Below the pieces are notes generated by a model that saw nothing but the letters and a program-made list of their open reading frames with translations, was not told where the DNA came from and did not search any database. This document shows positions 11,046 through 25,700 of a stretch of DNA of 64,000 bases, piece after piece (position 1 is the stretch's first letter; each line of letters opens with the position of its first letter). Location of the stretch: assembly GCA_032718475.1 (NCBI GenBank), contig JAUCBJ010006005.1:1-64000 (forward strand). The letters run 5' to 3'. Source of the DNA: Nemertoderma westbladi. Lineage: Eukaryota; Animalia; Xenacoelomorpha. A program made the translations under genes and the position numbers.

Positions 11046-14000
11046 CATAAAATCTGTACCGTGTTGCGGACAGGACAAAGGTCAAAAAAAGTTTTCAGAA
11101 AGTTAAATATTCCCGTACTCAAATATTCTATTATAATGCTAGTGTGGTGTTTTAAAGTTTCCAAGCAATAGCACTTCTTGTTTTTAAAATACAGTATTTT
11201 AAATCTGGTCATCTGCCATTGTTGTGGATGGGACAAAGCCATGCCATTGTGCTGATAGATTATGTTTGCAAAAAAGATACACTGATATTTTGAGTTAAGA
11301 AACTAACAACAATGTTTAAGCATTCATTTTGTTAAAAAATAAGAACCTTGTTGTTATAAAAATACGTAAAAAATCTGAAATTCTATAAGAATTCTTAAAA
11401 ATTCTAAGAAATTCAGCAGCGTATCTTATGTGGACCCATCTCTATGGAAATAAGAAGCTAATATATAAATTATCAACGTCACAGATAATTGTTTAACATG
11501 AACTACAATACCGCAGTGATACAACTTAATATTTAGTTGGTGTTTACGAAAAATCGTACTTCTGGTACATTATGAATGTTGCGGATGGGACATTATATAC
11601 TTGTTTATCGAATATTGTGGGATTACGGGAAATTTAAAGCAACGCCAATTGGAGAGAAATATGGCAGCGACTGCTAACGACAAAAATTGGCTCTATGTTC
11701 ATAACACAAACATCATTTTGCAATTTTCTAATGATTCAACTATGTCCCGCCCGCAACTTTCATACCAAATTAGTAAATACTTAAATAGATAATACTAAAT
11801 ACTAAAAAGTTTAGAAACAGTTAAAAGTTCAGTGGAACAGCTGAAAGTTGCATATTAATGTCCCCAATGTCATTTTGTTTGACAAAATGGACTGGACAAT
11901 TGCCATCAAACTCTTACGTTTCTTCCTGAACTGCATTAGTTTCCAATAATTATATTATGGACTTTTCACATTCAGTCATTTGGCATTATGAAACGAATTA
12001 TTGAGTCACTAATTTGGCATTGTGAAAGGTCAATCAAGGCTTGTAAAGTATAATACCGATGTTGTTGACGTACCAATATCTTGTGGATCGACATTGTTCA
12101 CAATGTGGAGTTTTATTGTACAAAATAGACCTCAAGCACTATGTTTCTTTGAGACTGATAATAATGTGGCTGAAGGATTTTTCAAGTTAAATTTAAATCA
12201 GTAACATGTTCCGATCAGAAATATTATGATAATATAAAACATATCATCTTACATTGGCTGTATAAGTGAGTATCATACACCTAAATACGGATGGGACATC
12301 GGCATTTACTTGTCTGCCCGGGATTAACGGCCAATATATGTAAACTTTTTGTATTATTTATTAATTAGTAGGGTTAATGTCTTACATAAAAAATATATAT
12401 GGCCATTTGATAGTATCCAGGGCTTATAAGAAACGCCCGTTGTGGATGGGACAGGTTGTTTGTAATTTCAAACAAACGGTATAAATTTGAGTTATTTTTC
12501 AATAATACTTGGAGTATTGTGTCTAATTGCTAAAATACTGTGTGTATGTAATAATTGACCAACTTTTGGCCCAAAAATACACGTTATAATACCATTCGTG
12601 TTCCCCTAAATGAAGAATGTTTCGGATGGGACATTTAGCATGACAATTTTTGTTGCACAGATAAAGCTAAAATCAAATCCTAAAAATAGACCAATCCTTA
12701 TTTTTTTAACTTTAAAACGTAAGCTGGACATATACCACGTAATATTGAAGAGCTAATCTTTGAGCATATAATGTTCGTAAAAGGGTAGGTGTAAAACGCG
12801 GATCCGGATTCAGGATCCGGATACGGATCAGGACCCGGATTTGCGAGTGTAAAAGGCGGATCCGGATTTATATACAATCCGTAACTGAGTGTAATATGCG
12901 GATTCTGAAATACGCAATCCGTATTCCAGTGTAAAACGCGGATTCATATATTTTGTGAATCCGGAATGGAGTGTAAAACACGGATTTACGTTAATTACCA
13001 AGTTTTATTGGATCCGGAATGGAGTGTAAAACACGGATTTTCGTTAATTACCAAGTTTTGTTTGATCAGGAATGGAGTGTAAAACACGGATTTACGTTTA
13101 ATTACAAAGTTTTATTGGATCCGGAATGGAGTGTAAAATACGGATTTACGTTAATTACCAAGTTTTATTGGAACCGGAATGGAGTGTAAAACACGGAATT
13201 ACGTTAATTACCAAGTTTTATTGGATCCGGAATGGAGTGTAAAACACGGATTTACGTTAGTTACCAAGTTTTATTGGATCCGGAATGGGGTGTAAAACGC
13301 GGATTTAAGTTAGTTTCCATCCGGAAAAGGGTGTAAAACGCGGATTCAAGTTAATTAGTAAGTTTTAATGAACAATTTGTAAAACGCATATATGTAATAA
13401 AGACCCAGACCCTCATCTAGTTACAATTATGTAATTACAATTTTGTAATTAACGAAAATCCGTGTTTTACACTCCATTCCGGATCCAACAAAACTTGGTA
13501 ATTAACGAAAATCCGTGTTTTACACTCCATTCCGGATCCAATAAAACTTGGTAATTAACGAAAATCCGTGTTTTACACTCCATTCCGGATCCAACAAAAC
13601 TTGGTAGTTAACGAAAATCCGTATTTTACACTCCATTCCGGATCCAACAAAACTTGGTAATTAAAGAAAATCCGTGTTTTACACTCCATTCCGGATCCAA
13701 CAAAACTTGGTAGTTAACGAAAATCCGTGTTTTACACTCCATTCCGGATCCAACAAACTTGGTAATTAAAGAAAATCCGTGTTTTGCACTCCATTCCGGA
13801 TCCAACAAAACTTGGTAACTAACGTAAATCCGTGTTTTACACTCCATTCCGGATCCAATAAAACTTGGTAATTAACGTAAATCCGTGTTTTACACTCCAT
13901 TCCGATCCAATAAAAATTGGTAATTAACGTAAATCCGTGTTTTACACTCCATTCCCGATCCAACAAAACTTGGTAATTAACGTAAATCCGTGTTTTACAC

Positions 14001-16462
14001 TCCATTCCGGATCCAATAAAACTTGGTAATTAACGTAAATCCGTGTTTTACACTCCATTCCGGATCCAATAAAACTTGGTAATTAACGTAAATCCGTGTT
14101 TTACACTCCATTCCGGATCCAATAAAACTTGGTAATTAACGTAAATCCGTGTTTTACACTCCATTCCGGATCCAATAAAACTTGGTAATTAACGTAAATC
14201 CGTGTTTTACACTCCATTCCGGATCCAATAAAACTTGGTAATTTACGTAAATCCGTGTTTTACACTCCATTCCGGATCCAATAAAACTTGGTAATTAACG
14301 TAATTCCGTGTTTTACACTCCATTCCGGTTCCAATAAAAATTGGTAATTAACGTAAATCCGTGTTTTACACTCCATTCCGGATCCAACTAAACTAGGTAA
14401 TTAACGTAAATCCGTGTTTTACACTCCATTCCGGATCCAATAAAACTTGGTAATTAACGTAAATCCGTGTTTTACACTCCATTCCGGATCCAATAAAACT
14501 TGGTAATTAACGTAAATCCGTGTTTTACACTCCATTCCGGATCCAATAAAACTTGGTAATTAACGTAAATCCGTGTTTTACACTCCATTCCGGATCCAAT
14601 AAAACTTGGTAATTAACGTAAATCCGTGTTTTACACTCCATTCCGGATCCAATAAAACTTGGTAATTAACGTAAATCCGTGTTTTACACTCCATTAATTA
14701 ACGTAAATCCGTGTTTTACACTCCATTCCGGATCCAATAAAACTTGGTAATTAACGTAAATCCGTGTTTTACACTCCATTCCGGTTCCAATAAAAATTGG
14801 TAATTAACGTAAATCCGTGTTTTACACTCCATTCCGGATCCAATAAAACTTGGTAATTAACGTAAATCCGTGTTTTACACTCGATTCCGGTTCCAATAAA
14901 AATTGGTAATTAACGTAAATCCGTGTTTTACACTCCATTCCGGATCCAACTAAACTAGGTAATTAACGTAAATCCGTGTTTTACACTCCATTCCGGATCC
15001 AATAAAACTTGGTAATTAACGTAAATCCGTGTTTTACACTCCATTCCGGATCCAATAAAACTTGGTAATTAACGTAAATCCGTGTTTTACACTCCATTCC
15101 GGATCCAATAAAACTTGGTAATTAACGTAAATCCGTGTTTTACACTCCATTCCGGATCCAATAAAACTTGGTAATTAACGTAAATCCGTGTTTTACACTC
15201 CATTCCGGATCCAATAAAACTTGGTAATTAACGTAAATCCGTGTTTTACACTCCATTCCGGATCCAATAAAACTTGGTAATTAACGTAAATCCGTGTTTT
15301 ACACTCCATTAATTAACGTAAATCCGTGTTTTACACTCCATTAATTAACGTAAATCCGTGTTTTACACTCCATTCCGGATCCAATAAAACTTGGTAATTA
15401 ACGTAAATCCGTGTTTTACACTCCATTCCGGATCCAATAAAACTTGGTAATTAACGTAAATCCGTGTTTTACACTCCATTCCGGATCCAACAAAACTTGG
15501 TAATTAACGTAAATCCGTGTTTTACACTCCATTCCGGATCCAATAAAACTTTGTATTTAACGTAAATCCGTGTTTTACACTCCATTCCGGATCCAATAAA
15601 ACTTGGTAATTAACGTAACTCCGTGTTTTACACTCCATTCCGGATCCAATAAAACTTGGTAATTAACGTAAATCCGTGTTTCACACTCCATTCCGGATCC
15701 AATAAAACTTAGTAATTAACGTAAATCCGTTTTTTACACTCCATTCCGGATCCAATAAAACTTGGTAATTAACGTAAATCCGTGTTTTACACTCCATTCC
15801 GGATCCAATAAAACTTGGTAATTAACTAGAAACCGCGTTTTACACCCCTTCCCGGATCCATTAATGCATGGTAATTAACTTGAATCCGCGTTTTACACCA
15901 CTTCCCGGATCCAATAACACTTTGTAATAAACCTGAATCCGTATTTTACACCCAATCCCGGATTCAGTAGAAATATGAATCCGCGTTTTACACTCCGTTG
16001 AGGATTTAGCCTAAAACATGAATCCGCGCTTTACATTCCTTTCCGGATCTGAAAAAAAGGCCAATCCGCATTTTACACTCGGTTACGGATTCGGTAAATT
16101 TAGCAGTGCGCGTATCCGCAGATTACACCCTAAAAATGTAAATTCAGTCGACTTCCATAGGGACAATGTTAAATGATAGAATCCGGATCCTGATCCGGAT
16201 CCGCGTTTTACTCTGACCCCATAAATTATAGAACTAACGTTGTTTATTTTTCACAAATGTTGTGGATGGGACACAATTTATTATTATTTTAACTTCAAGA
16301 GGTCATGACATATTTTTGAGGAAGCCTTTTTGTGGCACATGGGTGGTATATTATTGTAGAATAAAATGAGCCATTACTCTTATATCTATGATGGTAAGTA
16401 TGAGAAATAAACGGCAATAAAATAGGCAAATGTCCCGTCCGCAACGCGGTACAGATTTGATG
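11046..16462. mobile_element. Older non-autonomous TIR element that hosts foldback copy 1
   Basis: Inverted termini: CATAAAATCTGTACCGTGTTGCGGACAGGACA, versus the reverse complement of 16431-16462 (CATCAAATCTGTACCGCGTTGCGGACGGGACA). GGATGGGACA motifs recur near 11225, 11583, 12289, 12444, 12624 and 16264. No TSD recognised. Confidence 0.65.
12783..16219. mobile_element. Foldback (Mutator-like) element copy 1, inverted arms of 53-bp tandem repeats, right arm greatly expanded
   Basis: Termini GGGTAGGTGTAAAACGCGGATCCGGA ... TCCGGATCCGCGTTTTACTCTGACCC. The unit GGATCCGGAATGGAGTGTAAAACACGGATTTACGTTAATTACCAAGTTTTATT runs in opposite orientation on the two sides of about 13370-13445. Confidence 0.88.
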
Positions 16463-16532
16463 CTTAATCGCGAGACCACTTAATGGTCTCGCGTAAATCA
16501 ACTTGTAATTATTGCTATTCTGTTAAACTCAC

Positions 16533-16690
16533 AATTAGTTGATATGATATCTGAATAGCAGCTCCCATACTGCTTCTTGCATCAGTTTGGTTGGTAAATC
16601 TGTTCGGAAGTTCTCTCAGTAAATCTTGAACTAACGACAGACATTCCTTTATATTTACCAGCACAGAATCGGGAGAAGGTATAAAAACAT
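16533..16690 (-). CDS. SEC24: SEC24A/B-like exon 7, trunk domain (DVFIPSPDSVLVNIKEC...SSMGAAIQISYQLI), not in the ORF track
   Basis: Hand translation. Acceptor attattttag| and donor |GTGAGT. 158 bp, phase 1/0. Confidence 0.94.
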
Positions 16691-17081
16691 CTAAAATAAT
16701 AACAATATTATGTATTTTTTATATTAGAACCCTTTTAAAAGGGTTAAAAATTAAAAGTTTTCAACCCACAGGATTCTCACTCGCTCTACGAAATAAACTC
16801 GCTGTTGTCCGTCTATATGGATGGTGTTGTCACCTCACAAATAATTATTATAGCGCGCGAAGTGCTATAAATACGAGGAAGAGTATGATACAGGCAGACA
16901 GGGGTGAATTTCAACAATATATTTTGTTTTCAGGAGGGTCCGCGTGATTGTTGATTTTCATCCTTTCAACAATGCAGTGATGTGCTCGTGGTATTTACCG
17001 AAGATGAAAAATTTTCAAAATAACAACGTAGTACGCTGGAGGATTGTATTACTTTATTACTGTATGTATATAACATTACTG

Positions 17082-19336
17082 TATGGTGGCCCAGAAGAGA
17101 CAACTTAAAAAATATTTCATTTCGAGTAAAAAAAAACGACAAAAACGAATTATTCATGAATTTCTTGTTTTATATTTTACTACAAATAAAAAAAACGACA
17201 AAAACGAAATTTGGTTTCAAGTAAGGAAGGTTTTGAGAGGGAGATTTAAAACAGACTTTAGGCCTACATGCTTGTTTTGGTAAATCCAGAAATGGATATC
17301 TTAATTTCGGCGTATTATTACCTACGTTTTACTGTTAGAGATACAAGGGTGCTATTGAAATCGTAACATGGAATAACTATTAGCGATAGGACAATTAGAC
17401 GACGTAGAGCTGATTTAAACCTTAGAAGCCGTTGTTACGAGCAGTCACTTCCTCGTGTATTACGTGCGTTAGAATCGGAACTTATCGAATTTTCTGCAAT
17501 TAATTGTGGGTATCGGACGATTCATCGACGCTTATGGAGTCGGCACTTTATAAACCTTCGCCGAGAAACTGTTAGAATACTTCTTAAACACATTGATCCG
17601 GCTGGTGTTAATGCTCGTTTATGGCAAACTCTACTACGTCGCTCACGTTATGGATCGGCGGATCTCAATCATATACTGTTATACATTCTGTGCTATTATC
17701 ATTGGAACATTAACATCGAGAAACACAAACTCTGTTATTTTCCCGACGGCCTTCGGCAGTGCCGGATTAACCGTAAGGCATATAAGGCACGTGCCTTAGG
17801 GCCAGCAGAAAATACGGGCCATTTTTTCTCAGCGAGTCATTCTTGTGAAAAAAATATTTTTATCTGAAAAGTCTACATTTTTTCTCACTATAATGTATAG
17901 AAAACGAAAACAGAGCAAGAAAGTGCATCTTTCGACTACTTTCTATCCCTAAATTTCTGATAGAAAGTGCAAAATTCTAGCTCAGTCGACCGACAAGTGC
18001 TGTGTTATTAGTTCGAGTCCTGATGGCAGGGAAATAATAAAACATGGGCAGTAAAACTTTAAAGTGCTAATTATGAACAATGGAGAATTTAACTTTATTT
18101 ATTTGTGGGGAATTATTTGTAGTTAAGCTCTTAAACTTTCTAGAACAACCCAATAATTACGTGGTGACATACTGGAAATACTGTACATAGTAAATGTATT
18201 GCGTGGAGATATGGTAGTGCGAAAATATTATTTTTTACCGGGAACGAGTTTTATAAATACATGTAGGCCCTAATAGATAAAAAAAGGATGAAATAGTTGT
18301 TGATAAAAAAAAAACGTGTCAGAAATAACTTCTTGACACAAATTCAATTCTCGTGTATTGAATTTTGCACTCGATGGCCTTTTAGGTGCAATTCCTGCAA
18401 AACCTAAAAGTATAATTGGGCAGCATAATTGAATTTGGTAAATTAAATTAGTGACAAAAAGTACTTATTTCCGATACTGTTCTCTATCGGAGAACATTTC
18501 TTTCTCAGCAAGTCCAAATCTACAGTAGATAAGAAATATTATATCTTTGCACTAAGCCCACACTTTTGGTGTGTTATATATCTCAGCAAGTCCTGTAAAG
18601 ATAAGTACCGTGCAAAACCTACCCTACAGAAAATAAATAACACATTCCCACGATCCGATCAAAATTGCTAAATGCCTACAGGAGCCAGTCAGCCTTTACC
18701 CTTTAACGCCGGCTTAATAAAAATTTTCTGCATTGAAAACCGGCTATAGAAAAAAAAGAAAATTTTTTTTTTAAATTTGTTAAAACCCTGGAAATTAAAA
18801 ACTAAAAAAAATTTCAAAAATTTTTTTCAAAATTTTACCTTTAGTAGTAACTTCACTTCATAGTACAAAAATTTTTTTCAACATTTTTTTCAAAATTTTT
18901 TTTTTTAAATTTTTTTTTGAAGAAATTTTTGTACTAATGTAGGCAGGGTACTACTAAAGGTAAAATAAAAACAGATATTTGACTTCTATCACCACACCAT
19001 TTTGGCCTAGTTTTACCGTGTTACAGTATTATTATAGGAAATGGAAATATTATAATATTATTATTATTGTTAATATTATTATTATTGTTAATATTATTAC
19101 TATTATATTATATTTTAATAGAGTAAGGTTATGTTATGCATGTGACAAATATTCCAGCATGGTGGATTGATTTATTAATTTAAAGAGCTTTACAAAACTT
19201 TGCAACATTACACATTCAACTGTGTTGAAATAAAAAAAACGACAAAAACAAGAAATTCATGAATAATTCGTTTTTGTCGTTTTTTTTTTTACTCGAAATG
19301 AAATATTTTTTAAGTTGTCCCTTCTGGGCCACCATA
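17082..19336. mobile_element. Non-autonomous DNA transposon with about 90-bp TIRs. TATGG...CCATA termini with a 6-bp TSD are IS3EU-like.
   Basis: TATGGTGGCCCAGAAG.GACAACTTAAAAAATATTTCATTTCGAG... is mirrored at the right end. TTACTG flanks both sides (17076-17081 and 19337-19342). An alternative parse gives an 8-bp TSD ATTACTGT. Confidence 0.88.
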
Positions 19337-19451
19337 TTACTGTGTTTATTCCTTATTGTTAAAATTTATTGGAATTATTTATATAGAAACTATATGAAAT
19401 TCTAAGCTGCATTGCTGGTATTTAGTATCGGCTTATAAATCAAGCTCTTAC

Positions 19452-19683
19452 CATCAACATCGGGTACAACAACCATATGAGGTTTACTGAGTCCTTCGTG
19501 TAAATAGTGAAAGTGAACCGACGAATCGAATGTTATAATGGCAATACGTCGACGCGCGTCACCAGGCAGGTCTTCTAACTTATCCAATAGGACAGCAGTG
19601 GCGGAGGCGAGATAACCTGATTGGATGGCAGGTTGCGAGACGTCGAATAAGAATATATAGATTGCGGGTTGGGGAGGCCGGAG
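19452..19683 (-). CDS. SEC24: SEC24A/B-like exon 6, start of the trunk (vWA-like) domain
   Basis: Translates LRPPQPAIYIFLFDVS...LDKLEDLPGDARRRIAIITFDSSVHF...VVPDVD. Acceptor tttctatag| and donor G|GTAAGA, phase 0/1. Confidence 0.96.
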
Positions 19684-19750
19684 CTATAGAAATACAAGTT
19701 AATAAACTTAGGGAGATGGACCTATTCATTCGTACGGCCTGGACAAGGCC

Positions 19751-22700
19751 TATTTGTACCTGGTCTATTCGTACACGGACGCTTCGTACTTGGACAATTT
19801 GTACCTGGTCTATTCGTACCCGGACACTTCGTACATGTACTATTTGTACCGGTCCATTCGTACCCAGACACTTCGTACATGTACTATTTGTACCGGTCTA
19901 TTCGTACACGGACGCTTCGTACTTGGACAATTTGTACCTGGTCTATTCGTACCCGGACACTTCGTACATGTACTATTTGTACCGGTCCATTCGTACCCAG
20001 ACACTTCGTACATGTACTATTTGTACCGGTCTATTCGTACACGGACGCTTCGTACTTGGACAATTTGTACCTGGTCTATTCGTACCCGGACACTTCGTAC
20101 ATGTACTATTTGTACCGGTCCATTCGTACCCAGACACTTCGTACATGTACTATTTGTACCTGGTCTATTCGTACCCGGACACTTCGTACCTGTACTATTT
20201 GTACCTGGTCTATTCGTACCCGGACACTTCGTACATGTACTATTTGTACCGGTCCATTCGTACCCAGACACTTCGTACATGTACTATTTGTACCTGGTCT
20301 ATTCGTACACGGACGCTTCGTACATGTACTATTTGTACCGGTCCATTCGTACCCAGACACTTCGTACATGTACTATTTGTACCTGGTCTATTCGTACACG
20401 GACGCTTCGTACTTGGACTATTTGTACCTGGTCTATTCGTACACGGACGCTTCGTACATGTACTATTTGTACCGGTCCATTCGTACCCAGACACTTCGTA
20501 CATGTACTATTTGTACCTGGTCTATTCGTACACGGACGCTTCGTACTTGGACTATTTGTACCTGGTCTATTCGTACCCAGACACTTCGTACATGTACTAT
20601 TTGTACCGGTCCATTCGTACCCAGACACTTCGTACATGTACTATTTGTACCTGGTCTATTCGTACACGGACGCTTCGTACTTGGACTATTTGTACCTGGT
20701 CTATTCGTACACGGACGCTTCGTACTTGGACTATTTGTACCGGTCCATTCGTACCCGGACGCTTCGTACATGTACTATTTGTACCTGGTCTATTCGTACC
20801 CAGACACTTCGCACCTAGACTATTTGTACCTGGTCTATTCGTACCCAGACACTTCGTACCTGTACTATTTGTACCTGGTCTATTCGTACCCAGACACTTC
20901 GTACCTGTACTATTTGTACCTGGTCTATTCGTACCCAGACACTTCGTACCGAGACTATTTGTACCTGGCCCATTCGTACCCAGACACTTCGTACATGTAC
21001 TATTTGTACCTGGTCTATTCGTACACGGACGCTTCGTACTTGGACTATTTGTACCGGTCCATTCGTACCCGGACGCTTCGTACATGTACTATTTGTACCT
21101 GGTCTATTCGTACCCAGACACTTCGCACCTAGACTATTTGTACCTGGTCTATTCGTACCCAGACACTTCGTACCTGTACTATTTGTACCTGGTCTATTCG
21201 TACCCAGACACTTCGTACCGAGACTATTTGTACCTGGCCCATTCGTACCCAGACACTTCGTACATGTACTATTTGTACCTGGTCTATTCGTACCCAGACA
21301 CTTCGCACCTAGACTATTTGTACCTGGTCTATTCGTACCCAGACACTTCGCACCTAGACTATTTGTACCTGGTCTATTCGTACCCAGACACTTCGTACCT
21401 GTACTATTTGTACCTGGTCTATTCGTACCCAGACACTTCGCACCTAGACTATTTGTACCTGGTCTATTCGTACCCAGACACTTCGCACCTAGACTATTTG
21501 TACCTGGTCTATTCGTACCCAGACACTTCGCACCTAGACTATTTGTACCTGGTCTATTCGTACCCAGACACTTCGTACCTGTACTATTTGTACCTGGTCT
21601 ATTCGTACCCAGACACTTCGCACCTAGACTATTTGTACCTGGTCTATTCGTACCCAGACACTTCGCACCTAGACTATTTGTACCTGGTCTATTTGTACCC
21701 AGACACTTCGCACCTAGACTATTTGTACCTGGTCTATTTGTACACAGACACTTCGCACCTAGACTATTTGTACCTGGTCTATTCGTACCCAGACACTTCG
21801 TACCTGTACTATTTGTACCTGGTCTATTCGTACCCAGACACTTCGCACCTAGACTATTTGTACCTGGTCTATTCGTACCCAGACACTTCGTACCTGTACT
21901 ATTTGTACCTGGTCTATTCGTACCCAGACACTTCGCACCTAGACTATTTGTACCTGGTCTATTCGTACCCAGACACTTCGTACCTGTACTATTTGTACCT
22001 GGTCTATTCGTACCCAGACACTTCGTACCTGTACTATTTGTACCTGGTCTATTCGTACCCAGACACTTCGCACCTAGACTATTTGTACCTGGTCTATTCG
22101 TACCCAGACACTTCGTACCTGTACTATTTGTACCTGGTCTATTCGTACCCAGACACTTCGTACCTGTACTATTTGTACCTGGTCTATTCGTACCCAGACA
22201 CTTCGTACCTGTACTATTTGTACCTGGTCTATTCGTACCCAGACACTTCGCACCTAGACTATTTGTACCTGGTCTATTTGTACCCAGACACTTCGCACCT
22301 AGACTATTTGTACCTGGTCTATTTGTACACAGACACTTCGTACCTGTACTATTTGTAGCGGTCTATTCGTACCCAGACAGTTCGTACATGTACTATTTGT
22401 ACCTGGTCTATTCGTACCCAGACACTTCGTACCTGTACTATTTGTACCTGGTCTATTCGTACCCAGACACTTCGTACCTGTACTATTTGTACCTGGTCTA
22501 TTCGTACCCAGACACTTCGCACCTAGACTATTTGTACCTGGTCTATTCGTACACAGACACTTCGCACCTAGACTATTTGTACCTGGTCTATTCGTACCCA
22601 GACACTTCGCACCTAGACTATTTGTACCTGGTCTATTCGTACCCAGACACTTCGTACCTGTACTATTTGTACCTGGTCTATTCGTACCCAGACACTTCGT

Positions 22701-25700
22701 ACCTGTACTATTTGTACCTGGTCTATTCGTACCCAGACACTTCGCACCTAGACTATTTGTACCTGGTCTATTCGTACACAGACACTTCGCACCTAGACTA
22801 TTTGTACCTGGTCTATTCGTACCCAGACACTTCGCACCTAGACTATTTGTACCTGGTCTATTCGTACCCAGACACTTCGCACCTAGTACTATTTGTACCT
22901 GGTCTATTCGTACCCAGACACTTCGTACCTGTACTATTTGTACCTGGTCTATTCGTACCCAGACACTTCGCACCTAGACTATTTGTACCTGGTCTATTCG
23001 TACACAGACACTTCGCACCTAGACTATTTGTACCTGGTCTATTCGTACCCAGACACTTCGCACCTAGACTATTTGTACCTGGTCTATTCGTACCCAGACA
23101 CTTCGTACCTGTACTATTTGTACCGGTCCATTCGTACCCAGACACTTCGTACATGTACTATTTGTACCTGGTCTATTCGTACCCGGACGCTTCGTACTTG
23201 GACTATTTGTACCTGGTCTATTCGTACCCAGACACTTCGTACCTGTACTATTTGTACCTGGTCCATTCGTACCCGGACACTTCGTACCTGTACTATTTGT
23301 ACCTGGTCTATTCGTACCCAGACACTTCGTACCTGTACTATTCCTGTACCCAGACACTTCGCACCTAGACTATTTGTACCTGGTCTATTCGTACACAGAC
23401 ACTTCGCACCTAGACTATTTGTACCTGGTCTATTCGTACCCAGACACTTCGCACCTAGTACTATTTGTACCTGGTCCATTCGTACCCAGACACTTCGTAC
23501 CTGTACTATTTGTACCTGGTCTATTCGTACCCAGACACTTCGTACCTGTACTATTTGTACCTGGTCTATTCGTACACAGACACTTCGCACCTAGACTATT
23601 TGTACCTGGTCTATTCGTACCCAGACACTTCGCACCTAGACTATTTGTACCTGGTCTATTCGTACCCAGACACTTCGTACCTGTACTATTTGTACCGGTC
23701 CATTCGTACCCAGACACTTCGTACATGTACTATTTGTACCTGGTCTATTCGTACACGGACGCTTCGTACTTGGACTATTTGTACCTGGTCTATTCGTACC
23801 CAGACACTTCGTACCTGTACTATTTGTACCGGTCCATTCGTACCCGGACACTTCGTACCTGTCCTATTAGTACCTGGTCCATTCGTACCCTGACACTTCG
23901 TACATGTACTATTTGTACCTGGTCTATTCGTACACGGACGCTTCGTACATGTACTATTTGTACCTGGTCTATTCGTACCCAGACACTTCGTACCTGTACT
24001 ATTTGTACCTGGTCTATTCGTACCCAGACACTTCGCACCTAGACTATTTGTACCTGGTCTATTCGTACACAGACACTTCGCACCTAGACTATTTGTACCT
24101 GGTCTATTCGTACCCAGACACTTCGTACCTGTACTATTTGTACCGGTCCATTCGTACCCAGACACTTCGTACATGTACTATTTGTACCTGGTCTATTCGT
24201 ACACGGACGCTTCGTACTTGGACTATTTGTACCTGGTCTATTCGTACCCAGACACTTCGTACCTGTACTATTTGTACCGGTCCATTCGTACCCGGACACT
24301 TCGTACCTGTCCTATTAGTACCTGGTCCATTCGTACCCTGACACTTCGTACATGTACTATTTGTACCTGGTCTATTCGTACCCAGACACTTCGTACCTGT
24401 ACTATTTGTACCTGGTCTATTCGTACCCAGACACTTCGTACCTGTACTATTTGTACCTGGTCTATTCGTACCCAGACACTTCGCACCTAGACTATTTGTA
24501 CCTGGTCTATTCGTACCCAGACACTTCGCACCTAGACTATTTGTACCTGGTCTATTCGTACCCAGACACTTCGTACCTGTACTATTTGTACCTGGTCCAT
24601 TCGTACCCAGACACTTCGTACCTGTACTATTTGTACCTGGTCCATTCGTACCCAGACACTTCGTACCTGTACTATTTGTACCTGGTCTATTCGTACCCAG
24701 ACACTTCGTACCATGTACTATTTGTACCTGGTCTATTCGTACCCGAACGCTTCGTACATGTACTATTTGTACCGGTCCATTCGTACCCGAACACTTCGTA
24801 CCTGTACTACTTGTACCTGGTCTATTCGTACCCGAACGCTTCGTACATGTACTATTTGTACCGGTCCATTCGTACCCGAACACTTCGTACCTGTACTATT
24901 TGTACCGGTCCATTCGTACCCAGACACTTCGTACATGTACTACTTGTACCTGGTCTATTCGTACCCGAACGCTTCGTACATGTACTATTTGTACCGGTCC
25001 ATTCGTACCCGAACACTTCGTACCTGTACTATTTGTACCGGTCCATTCGTACCCGAACACTTCGTACCTGTACTACTTGTACCTGGTCTATTCGTACCCG
25101 AACGCTTCGTACATGTACTATTTGTACCGGTCCATTCGTACCCGAACGCTTCGTACATGTACTATTTGTACCGGTCCATTCGTACCCAGACACTTCGTAC
25201 ATGTACTACTTGTACCTGGTCTATTCGTACCCGAACGCTTCGTACATGTACTATTTGTACCGATCCATTCGTACCCGAACACTTCGTACCTGTACTATTT
25301 GTACCGGTCCATTCGTACCCAGACACTTCGTACATGTACTATTTGTACCGGTCCATTCGTACCCAGACACTTCGTACATGTACTACTTGTACCTGGTCCA
25401 TTCGTACCCAGACACTTCGTACCTGTACTATTTGTACCGGTCCATTCGTACCCAGACACTTCGTACATGTACTACTTGTACCTGGTCTATTCGTACCCGA
25501 ACGCTTCGTACATGTACTATTTGTACCGGTCCATTCGTACCCGAACACTTCGTACCTGTACTATTTGTACCGGTCCATTCGTACCCAGACACTTCGTACA
25601 TGTACTACTTGTACCTGGTCCATTCGTACCCAGACACTTCGTACCTGTACTATTTGTACCGGTCCATTCGTACCCAGACACTTCGTACCTGTACTATTTG

